Assembly (NCBI GenBank): GCA_964516555.1
Contig: CAZFAI010000003.1
Location: 1 to 37,596 of the forward strand
Source: an uncultured Gammaproteobacteria bacterium
Lineage (GTDB): Bacteria > Patescibacteriota > Microgenomatia > UBA12405
DNA length: 37,596 nt
Reading direction: 5' to 3'
Part shown: positions 1 through 6,307 of the stretch, piece after piece
How the letters are laid out: each line of letters opens with the position of its first letter
Position numbering within the stretch: the first letter of the stretch is position 1
Translations under genes and position numbers: made by a program
Notes under the pieces: model-generated
Databases searched by the model: none
The model's input: the letters and a program-made list of their open reading frames with translations, nothing else
Told to the model about the DNA's origin: nothing

Positions 1-114
1 TCCCAACCCAAATTCCTCAACCTTAACCCTTGTTTTAATGGCTGCAAAATAATGCCCAAATTCATGGACCAATACCAATATCGATAGTGCGGCTATAAAT
101 ATAATTAAATTCAT
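1..114 (-). CDS. rseP: RIP/site-2 metalloprotease (M50, RseP-like), N-terminal fragment; the gene continues past the window start
   Basis: Reverse translation from the ATG at 114 gives MNLIIFIAALSILVLVHEFGHYFAAIKTRVKVEEFGLG: a TM helix followed by HExxH (HEFGH), as at RseP N-termini. It starts 4 nt after the frr stop. Confidence 0.6.
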   Translation of the reverse strand, partial: MNLIIFIAALSILVLVHEFGHYFAAIKTRVKVEEFGLG

Positions 115-118
115 TTAT

Positions 119-670
119 TTATCCTCTGATTTCCTCTTCTTTCTTGCCGGCTAAATTCTCAAGTTTTAACATATACTCGTCTGTAATTTTTTGCAACTCT
201 GTCTCATCTCTTTTGTATTCATCCTCGGAAATTGTTTTCTCCTGCTTTGCATCCTGCAAATCTTTTCTCATGTCTCCCCGCACGTCCCTTATCATCCCTC
301 TCGCTCCCTCAAGCTTACGGCCCAATAATTTAATATAATCATTTCTCTGGTCGGTAGTCATCATCGGCAAGGATATCCTGATTATCTGCCCATCAACTAC
401 CGGATTCATCCCGATATTAGCAGCAGCAATTCCGTTGCTAATCTCCCGAATAGCCGACACATCCCAAGGCTGAAATGTCAAAGTCCTGACATCAGGAACT
501 GAAGTCGTTCCCAACTCCAAAAGCCTCATTTTTTGTCCGCCGTAGACCGTGACAACTATGTTTTCAATCAAGCCTGGTGTTGCTCTACCGGTCCGCAAAG
601 ATCCAATATCTTCCACAAATATTTCCACAATCTTGTCCATCCGGGCTTTCACTTCCTGTGTGTTTAGCAT
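119..670 (-). CDS. frr: ribosome recycling factor
   Basis: RRF-like sequence (RTGRATPGLIENIVVTVYGG...). Start set at MLNTQEV (670), because the ORF-track start at 700 lies inside the tsf terminator hairpin. A TATACT box sits 7 nt upstream of 670. Confidence 0.9.
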   Translation of the reverse strand: MLNTQEVKARMDKIVEIFVEDIGSLRTGRATPGLIENIVVTVYGGQKMRLLELGTTSVPDVRTLTFQPWDVSAIREISNGIAAANIGMNPVVDGQIIRISLPMMTTDQRNDYIKLLGRKLEGARGMIRDVRGDMRKDLQDAKQEKTISEDEYKRDETELQKITDEYMLKLENLAGKKEEEIRG

Positions 671-677
671 ATAGCCT

Positions 678-683
678 AGTATA
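678..683 (-). promoter_or_regulatory. -10 box (TATACT) 7 nt upstream of the frr ATG
   Basis: Minus strand reads TATACT-aggctat-ATG, directly after the terminator T-run. Confidence 0.45.
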
Positions 684-685
684 AC

Positions 686-712
686 AAAAAAGCCCGCCAT
701 AAAGCGGGCTTT
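686..712 (-). terminator. intrinsic terminator after tsf
   Basis: On the minus strand, GCCCGC-tttatg-GCGGGC is followed by TTTTTT, 18 nt after the tsf stop. Confidence 0.7.
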
Positions 713-729
713 GTCAAACTCAATTTTAA

Positions 730-1188
730 CTAAATTTCAAACCTAGCCATCCTTCCAATTTTGATATTTTCACCAAACTTTGCAATCAAAGTTTGCACTA
801 GACCAGCTACTTTCAAGGACGGATCTTTTATAAATTCCTGTTCCAGCAGTTCTTCTACCGACTCTGGACTCATGGCCGCTATCTGCAAAGCTAAATCCCG
901 GCTTAAAGCCAAAAATTCCTCATTTTTAGCCACGAAATCCGTCTCACAAAGTAGCTCAAGCATTACACCAACCTTGCCCGTAGAATGAGTATATGTGGCC
1001 ACTCTCCCCTGCCTGGTTTCCCTTTCTTTCTTGCTTTCCGCCTTTTTGATACCTCTCTCTTTTAGTATTTCTTTTGCTCTTGCTTCATCGCCATTAGCCT
1101 CTTCAAGTGCCATCTTAATTTCCATGATCCCAATCCCGGTCTCTTCTCTTAATTTTTTAACTAATTGAATAATTTGTTTTTGGTCCAT
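730..1188 (-). CDS. tsf: elongation factor Ts, short form (152 aa)
   Basis: N-terminal UBA-like segment (VKKLREETGIGIMEIKMALEEANGDEARAKEILKERG) and CETDFVAKNEEF core. Sits in the rpsB-tsf-frr order. Confidence 0.85.
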   Translation of the reverse strand: MDQKQIIQLVKKLREETGIGIMEIKMALEEANGDEARAKEILKERGIKKAESKKERETRQGRVATYTHSTGKVGVMLELLCETDFVAKNEEFLALSRDLALQIAAMSPESVEELLEQEFIKDPSLKVAGLVQTLIAKFGENIKIGRMARFEI

Positions 1189-1205
1189 ATATTTTCAAAA
1201 AATTT

Positions 1206-2120
1206 TTAAACTCCGGCTGATTTAATCGCCTTACCGATTTCCTCCACCACCATATTAACGCTCTTAACGCTGTCGTCATTTGCTGGAATCGGATAATCAA
1301 CTTTGTCCGGATTACTATCAGTATCTATCATAGCCACCACTGGTATCCTTCTCAAAATCGCTTCTCTAACTGCCGTTCTCTCAAATCCGGCATCAACAAC
1401 AAACAACACATCAAAAATCTTGTTTAAACTGGTCAATCCGCCGACATTTCTCTCCAATCGGTTAATTTCCTTATTCATGTCCGACAATTCTTTTTTAGTC
1501 AACTCGGTAAATGACCCATTCTCAATTCCCGAACGAAGTTCTTTTAATCTCTTAATATTTTTTCTGATTTCCTCCCAGTTGGTAACTGTCCCGCCAAGCC
1601 ACCGCTCAGTTACATAAGCCACTCCGGCATCCGTAGCCACCCTCTTTACTACTTCCCTGGCCTGTCTCTTGGTTCCTACCATCAAAATCTCTTTACCGTT
1701 TCTTCTGGCGTTATAAATAAAATTGCAGGCTTTCTCGAATTCTTTGATTGAATTAGTCAAATCCAGAATTTCTATTCCGTCTTTTGAAGTATATATATAG
1801 TCCCTTGCTTTCGGATGAGTCTTGGATACCTTGTGGCCCAAATGCGACCCGGCTTTCAGCATATCCTTCATATCCACGGTCAATTCATATTTCTTATCCG
1901 GTTTTCGTGTCTCGTCAGTGCTTTTGGATTTTACCCCAACAACTTGCTTATTAACTTCTTTTACCGCTCTTTCTTTCTTAGCTTTCACTTCCTCATTGAG
2001 TTTCTTTACCTGTTCACTGCTGACTTTCGATTGCTTTCTTGAATTAACTACCAAAGCTTTTTTTACCAAACTTTTACCGGTTCGGTTGACGGTTTTACTG
2101 ATTGTTTTCTTCTTTTCCAT
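1206..2120 (-). CDS. rpsB: 30S ribosomal protein S2 with an ~83-aa Lys-rich N-terminal extension
   Basis: The S2 core begins near residue 84 (MKDMLKAGSHLGHKVSKTHPKARDYIY). The 83 upstream codons are open and K/E/V-rich. Confidence 0.9.
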   Translation of the reverse strand: MEKKKTISKTVNRTGKSLVKKALVVNSRKQSKVSSEQVKKLNEEVKAKKERAVKEVNKQVVGVKSKSTDETRKPDKKYELTVDMKDMLKAGSHLGHKVSKTHPKARDYIYTSKDGIEILDLTNSIKEFEKACNFIYNARRNGKEILMVGTKRQAREVVKRVATDAGVAYVTERWLGGTVTNWEEIRKNIKRLKELRSGIENGSFTELTKKELSDMNKEINRLERNVGGLTSLNKIFDVLFVVDAGFERTAVREAILRRIPVVAMIDTDSNPDKVDYPIPANDDSVKSVNMVVEEIGKAIKSAGV

Positions 2121-2214
2121 AATGTTTGTCCTTATTAATAATAAATAGGCGGGGTAAAAACCCAGGACTCACGCCCAAAATAAATGAATAACTTAGCTTC
2201 GAAATTATATCACA

Positions 2215-2430
2215 TCAATCTCTCGATCCTCGTCCATTGTGTGGAGAACCTTGCCGGATAAGTCTGGGTATGATTTCAATCTGATATCCCGTACTCTGCA
2301 AATTTGCTATTTCGCTACCCGTCAAAAGCTTTCCAACGCCATCAACCCTGACCAGCGTTTTCCTGTTTCCACCTGGATATGTTCCATCAGGCTGTAAACC
2401 CTTTGGCCTCTCTCCTGACCCAAATGTCAT
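2215..2430 (-). CDS. hypothetical 71-aa protein
   Basis: ORF only. It is more GC-rich than its flanks, has no SD or clear -10 box, and no recognisable motif. Confidence 0.3.
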   Translation of the reverse strand: MTFGSGERPKGLQPDGTYPGGNRKTLVRVDGVGKLLTGSEIANLQSTGYQIEIIPRLIRQGSPHNGRGSRD

Positions 2431-2563
2431 ATTACTTTTTAATTTTATTTAATTTTTAAAAACTAGCAATAGATACTATATATAAAACAACCCGGGAGGA
2501 AAGAAAAAGAAAAGAAAGAAATGGACGAAACGAACAAAAAAACGAAATCTGCCTTCCTGGTAC

Positions 2564-2597
2564 GGAGGCGCTGTTTGCTGCTGCTCCCAGCGCCCCC
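2564..2597. terminator. GC-rich hairpin just beyond the cassette A ORF stop; possibly bidirectional
   Basis: GGAGGCGCTG (2564-2573) pairs with CAGCGCCCCC (2588-2597), 9 of 10 bp. On the plus strand GTTTGTGTT follows directly. On the minus strand the T-run is about 20 nt away. Confidence 0.4.
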
Positions 2598-2605
2598 GTT
2601 TGTGT

Positions 2606-2821
2606 TCAGCTGCCGCTGATCACGTCATGGTAGTCATCGGACATCACTTCCTGAACTGAAGGGACAATACCAGTAGACGGATCAACGTATCTGGTTTCAA
2701 TACAACCAGACAACGTCCTGACTTTTGGTCCGCGACATTTCTGCCGGGACTCCTCTGTTTGGAAACAACAACCGACGGCGGCGTAGTAGCACTCGGCACA
2801 ATCTGAAGCCTTGACACACAT
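2606..2821 (-). CDS. small Cys-rich protein (71 aa, 7 Cys, includes a CxxC)
   Basis: AAGGAG lies 8 nt before the ATG. Sequence starts MCVKASDCAECYYAAVGCCFQTEESRQKCRGPKVRTLSGC... with no signal peptide and an acidic C-terminal half. Confidence 0.5.
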   Translation of the reverse strand: MCVKASDCAECYYAAVGCCFQTEESRQKCRGPKVRTLSGCIETRYVDPSTGIVPSVQEVMSDDYHDVISGS

Positions 2822-2829
2822 GCAGAAGT

Positions 2830-2848
2830 CTCCTTGGGGGTTAAGGAT
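2830..2848 (-). promoter_or_regulatory. conserved SD block ATCCTTAACCCCCAAGGAG, able to form an SD-sequestering hairpin
   Basis: TCCTT and AAGGA are complementary around the loop AACCCCC. A near-identical block is present at 3500-3520. Confidence 0.4.
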
Positions 2849-2920
2849 CGAAATAAAATTCAGATGATCGGTGTGAATAGAAAGTCAGTGGCAATCATAG
2901 GCACTCTTGTTCTCCTTTGA

Positions 2921-2968
2921 ATTAGGGTCACAACAAACTATTATTCAATAGTCTCTTGTGACCCTAAT
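2921..2968 (-). promoter_or_regulatory. long hairpin in the cassette A 5' leader
   Basis: Perfect 13-bp stem, ATTAGGGTCACAA (2921-2933) with TTGTGACCCTAAT (2956-2968), plus an inner 6-bp stem ACTATT/AATAGT. It abuts the terminal inverted repeat. Confidence 0.45.
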
Positions 2969-3215
2969 CTCCCGGGTTGTCAAAGTACTCGTTTCGTCAA
3001 GTAAATCAGGCAAGCTATATGCCCTTTACTCTAGAAACTATTATTTTATTAAAAATTAACCTTAAATCAAATTAAGACCACTTTTTAATAAAAAACCCGG
3101 AAGAAAAAAGAAAAGAAATGATGCGCGAAAACACGAAAAAAAACGAACACTTTCCACACCATTTGGAATCAGGGAGCCGCAAACGGCGCTGTTTTTGGCC
3201 CCCTGTCCCTGCGTA

Positions 3216-3353
3216 CTACTTACTGACCTTCAGGGTCCTGGTGTCCAGGCCAGGATAGTTGCACCGCGTGCACCGACCACCCAACCTGGGAGAATGACAT
3301 CTAGGACATACTGATGTCGATTCCTTCCGTCCCGACGGCTTTGGTGTTCTCAC
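3216..3353 (-). CDS. 45-aa basic zinc-ribbon micro-protein (GTG start); possibly the C-terminal half of an L32-like protein
   Basis: Hand translation: VRTPKPSGRKESTSVCPRCHSPRLGGRCTRCNYPGLDTRTLKVSK. GGAGGAG lies 6 nt before the GTG. Has a CxxC-x8-CxxC pattern. Confidence 0.3.
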   Translation of the reverse strand: MRTPKPSGRKESTSVCPRCHSPRLGGRCTRCNYPGLDTRTLKVSK

Positions 3354-3418
3354 TTCTTTCTCCTCCTCACGGACCTACGTGACGTTCTCTTGTCACGTGG
3401 CTGTTTCTGTTTTTCCAT
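3350..3418 (-). CDS. 22-aa Arg/Lys-rich micro-ORF
   Basis: MEKQKQPRDKRTSRRSVRRRKK. AAGGAGG lies 10 nt upstream. Its stop overlaps the GTG of the next ORF. Confidence 0.25.
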   Translation of the reverse strand: MEKQKQPRDKRTSRRSVRRRKK

Positions 3419-3433
3419 TAAATGGAAACCTCC

Positions 3434-3493
3434 TTACTGAATGGTTTTGCGATGCTGAAGGGAGAGAAATGTGCCTGGCGGATCATCATTCAT
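3434..3493 (-). CDS. 19-aa leader-like micro-ORF
   Basis: MNDDPPGTFLSLQHRKTIQ. It follows the conserved CCCCCAAGGAGG block with a 6-nt spacer. Confidence 0.2.
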   Translation of the reverse strand: MNDDPPGTFLSLQHRKTIQ

Positions 3494-3499
3494 CGGTTG

Positions 3500-3520
3500 C
3501 CTCCTTGGGGGTGAAGGATT
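3500..3520 (-). promoter_or_regulatory. conserved SD block AATCCTTCACCCCCAAGGAGG (cassette B copy)
   Basis: Same TCCTT/AAGGA pairing potential as 2830-2848. Confidence 0.4.
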
Positions 3521-3918
3521 GCGAACACGCGATCGTTCTCTTCTCGTCTTTGAGATAGAACCCGAACAACTCCGATTTGTCGGAGCTCTTCAGGCCCTAC
3601 CTCAACTCTTTTCTTCCGGGTTGTTAAAGTGCTTTTTGAAGGCCTAAAAAAGATGCTGATATCTTTTGATATCCTTCAAAATATTATGGGCTTATTTTAT
3701 CACTAAATAAATAATTATCAAGTGATTGTTTTATAGGATTATTACTCAATTCTAGCCGCAAAAAGTCCTTTTCATTTCTGAAACACTTACACCGAAAACC
3801 CCAGACTATAAGTCTTACCAGTTCCATATGCGATATTACACCAGTATGTATAAATTTGCAACATGTAAATGCTTGCTAGTTTCCCTAAGCTAATTCTTCT
3901 ACTTAAATTTAAATAATG

Positions 3919-3924
3919 TAAAAT
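3919..3924 (+). promoter_or_regulatory. -10 box (TAAAAT) 6 nt upstream of the ATPase ATG
   Basis: Reads TGTAAAAT-atacac-ATG with no SD. Confidence 0.4.
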
Positions 3925-3930
3925 ATACAC

Positions 3931-6201
3931 ATGGCCGATCCGATCAAAAATAACCTATCGATACTGGAAATCCGCCTGCCTCAGGACAATGAATTTACTC
4001 TCGAAGCCATGTCCTCTTTACTCAGTAATTTTTCCCAATCGAGTGCTACTTCCCTCTTCAGCCTATTTAGCGGCAAAAGAAAAACCATTGCCTCACTGGA
4101 AATAGTCCTAAATGATGGCCAAATCCATTTTTATGTAGCTGCCCCCACCGATTCAATGGAATACGTCCGTTCTCAAATCCTGGCTCAATACCCTACCGCT
4201 ATCACCCGGGATACCAAAGATTATTTTTTCGACCCTGAAAAGCAAAAAAGTTTAATCTTTTCCCAACTTGGCATTACCAAATCCCACAATTATCCACTAA
4301 AAACAGCCCGCGATTTCCGCGATACCGATCCTCTCGTCTCCGTTTTGGCCCCCCTTTCCCGATCCAATAGCACTTCTGATTTTTTTGTCTACCAACTAAT
4401 ACTGGGACCGGCTTCAAAAAACTGGCAGAGTTCAATTATGGACATTATCCAAAATGGCATCGTTGTTGACAAGGAAAAGGGTTTCCGTCAGGCCCACCCT
4501 GACCGCTCCATATTCGAACAAAAAATTCAATTTCCCGGAATCCTATCTCAAATAAATCTTGCCTCAAACAACCCCGGTCTTATAGCTTCAGTGTCTTCAT
4601 CCTTTGGTGCATTCACCTCCCCTCGCGGCAATTCTATCAAAACCTTTACCCCGGGCCTTTTTTCCAAAAGCAAACTACCCGACTCCATCGTAAACCGCAA
4701 AATTACCACCAAACTCAAAACCCAAATCCTAAACACCGAAGAAGTCTCAGCCCTATGGCACTTCCCCAACAAACTAACTAAACTGCCAAATATAGCTTGG
4801 GGCAAAAATCTTTTCTCAGATCCTCCCGAAAACTTACCCGTCGCCGATGAAACCACCGAGGAACAAAAGAAAGAAATCACCTTCTACGCCAAAACCGAAT
4901 TCAGAAACAAAGATTCCATCTTTGGTATCAAACAGGGCGAAGACCGCCGTCGCCATATGTATATAATTGGTAAATCAGGTACCGGTAAAACCACTCTTAT
5001 TTCCAACATGGCTATTGACGACATTAGAAAAGGCCGTGGTGTTGCAGTTATCGACCCTCACGGCGATTTGTGCAACAATATTCTTGATTACATCCCCTCC
5101 CACCGCATCAATGACTGTTGTTATTTTAATCCTGCCGATCCTGAATATGTCTATCCGCTAAACGTTCTTGAAGCTCAAAGTGAGTCTCAAAAAGAGCTGG
5201 TAGCATCCGGCGTCATCTCCATTTTCAAAAAAATATACGGAGAAGTATCCTGGGGTCCCCGACTTGAACATATTCTAAGAAACGCCGTTTTGACATTAGT
5301 CAACACTCCTGACTCTACTCTAGTTGATATCGTTGAAATTTTAACTAACAGAAATTTCCGAGATAAAGTTATTGGTAAACTTCAAAACCAAACTCTCAAA
5401 AACTTTTGGATCAACGAATTCAACCGCATGGACCCCAAATTTCAAAACGAAGCCATCGCCCCCATTTTAAACAAAGTCGGCCAATTTATCGCTTCCAGCA
5501 ATATCCGAAATACCATTAATCACTCGAAATCCAAAATTAACATCCAGCAAATTATGGATGAGAAAAAAATCCTGATTGCCGATCTTTCTACCGGAAAACT
5601 CGGTGAAGACAACTCCGCTCTGCTTGGAGCCATGTTGATTACCCAGATCCAACTATCCGCCATGAATCGCGTATTTCAGGATGCTGAAGCCCGCTCTGAT
5701 TTTTACCTTTATGTTGATGAATTTCAAAACTTTGCCACCACTTCGTTTATCAAAATTCTTTCTGAAGCTCGCAAATTTAAACTTAATTTAATCGTCGCCA
5801 ATCAATACATGGCCCAAATCGAACGCCCCATTCAGGATGCCATCTTTGGCAATGTCGGCTCCATGGTTTCCTTTGTAGTCGGCAATCAGGATGCCTTTAT
5901 CTTGAGCAAAGAATTCGGTTCTCAATTCCCACCAGAGGATTTGGTCAAAATCGGCCGCTATCAAGTAATAAATAAATTAAGCATTGACTCGGAGACTACC
6001 AATCCATTTTACGCCCTCACTCTTCCGCCTCTATCCTGCAAAAATCAAGCCCGTGAGAAACTCATCCAAACTTCACGCCAGCGTTGGGGCAAAAGAAAAG
6101 ACAATATCCAAACAAACCCCAAACCCATTCAAAAACCTCAACAAATAGAAAAACCCAAACCTCCCACCACAATAGAAAACCACCGTACTTCCATCGAATA
6201 A
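3931..6201 (+). CDS. VirD4/TraD-type (type IV coupling protein-like) P-loop ATPase with an uncharacterised ~330-aa N-terminal domain
   Basis: Walker A is GKSGTGKTT (4969-4995) and Walker B is FYLYVDEFQNF, followed by LSEARKFKLNLIVANQYMAQ, which is typical of TraD/TraG-D_C. The Pro/Lys-rich C-terminal tail is low complexity. Confidence 0.8.
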   Translation: MADPIKNNLSILEIRLPQDNEFTLEAMSSLLSNFSQSSATSLFSLFSGKRKTIASLEIVLNDGQIHFYVAAPTDSMEYVRSQILAQYPTAITRDTKDYFFDPEKQKSLIFSQLGITKSHNYPLKTARDFRDTDPLVSVLAPLSRSNSTSDFFVYQLILGPASKNWQSSIMDIIQNGIVVDKEKGFRQAHPDRSIFEQKIQFPGILSQINLASNNPGLIASVSSSFGAFTSPRGNSIKTFTPGLFSKSKLPDSIVNRKITTKLKTQILNTEEVSALWHFPNKLTKLPNIAWGKNLFSDPPENLPVADETTEEQKKEITFYAKTEFRNKDSIFGIKQGEDRRRHMYIIGKSGTGKTTLISNMAIDDIRKGRGVAVIDPHGDLCNNILDYIPSHRINDCCYFNPADPEYVYPLNVLEAQSESQKELVASGVISIFKKIYGEVSWGPRLEHILRNAVLTLVNTPDSTLVDIVEILTNRNFRDKVIGKLQNQTLKNFWINEFNRMDPKFQNEAIAPILNKVGQFIASSNIRNTINHSKSKINIQQIMDEKKILIADLSTGKLGEDNSALLGAMLITQIQLSAMNRVFQDAEARSDFYLYVDEFQNFATTSFIKILSEARKFKLNLIVANQYMAQIERPIQDAIFGNVGSMVSFVVGNQDAFILSKEFGSQFPPEDLVKIGRYQVINKLSIDSETTNPFYALTLPPLSCKNQAREKLIQTSRQRWGKRKDNIQTNPKPIQKPQQIEKPKPPTTIENHRTSIE

Positions 6202-6307
6202 ATCCGCCTCCAACTTTTCATTATACTCAAAAAGAATTCTTAAATACATTCCTTACATCTCAAGTAATTACGTCCTATTATTTTGCTAATTACAAATTAA
6301 ATTTATT

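Larger units (their letters stand above)
2489..2988 (-). repeat. GC-rich cassette A (paralog of cassette B): conserved 5' and 3' blocks around a Cys-rich small ORF
   Basis: Shares three blocks with 3094-3632: ACTTTGACAACCCGGGAG, ATCCTTAACCCCCAAGGAG and a polypyrimidine tail ending CCTCCCGGGTT. The ends 2489-2498 and 2969-2978 are exact reverse complements. Confidence 0.6.
3094..3632 (-). repeat. GC-rich cassette B (paralog of cassette A) carrying three SD-led micro-ORFs
   Basis: Same conserved blocks as cassette A. The ends 3094-3107 and 3609-3622 are exact reverse complements (14 bp). Confidence 0.6.

Noticed and set aside
671-700. Longer frr start (MAGFFVILGY...) given by the ORF track
   Set aside because: These codons lie inside the tsf terminator hairpin and T-run. 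MLNTQEV at 670 matches RRF N-termini and has a -10 box 7 nt upstream.
2860-2898. 12-aa micro-ORF (MIATDFLFTPII) in the cassette A leader
   Set aside because: The AAGGAG is 13 nt from the ATG, which is too far. There is no counterpart in cassette B, and it is too short to support.
2489-3632. Integron attC sites, a MITE or transposon with terminal inverted repeats, or a retron msr/msd
   Set aside because: No integrase, transposase or reverse transcriptase is in the window. Conservation extends beyond the right-hand inverted-repeat arm (GT[C/T]AAAGT), and no target-site duplication is visible. The AAC...GTT arms flank whole ~500-bp units, unlike a 60-140-bp attC. These classes cannot be fully excluded without searching the genome.
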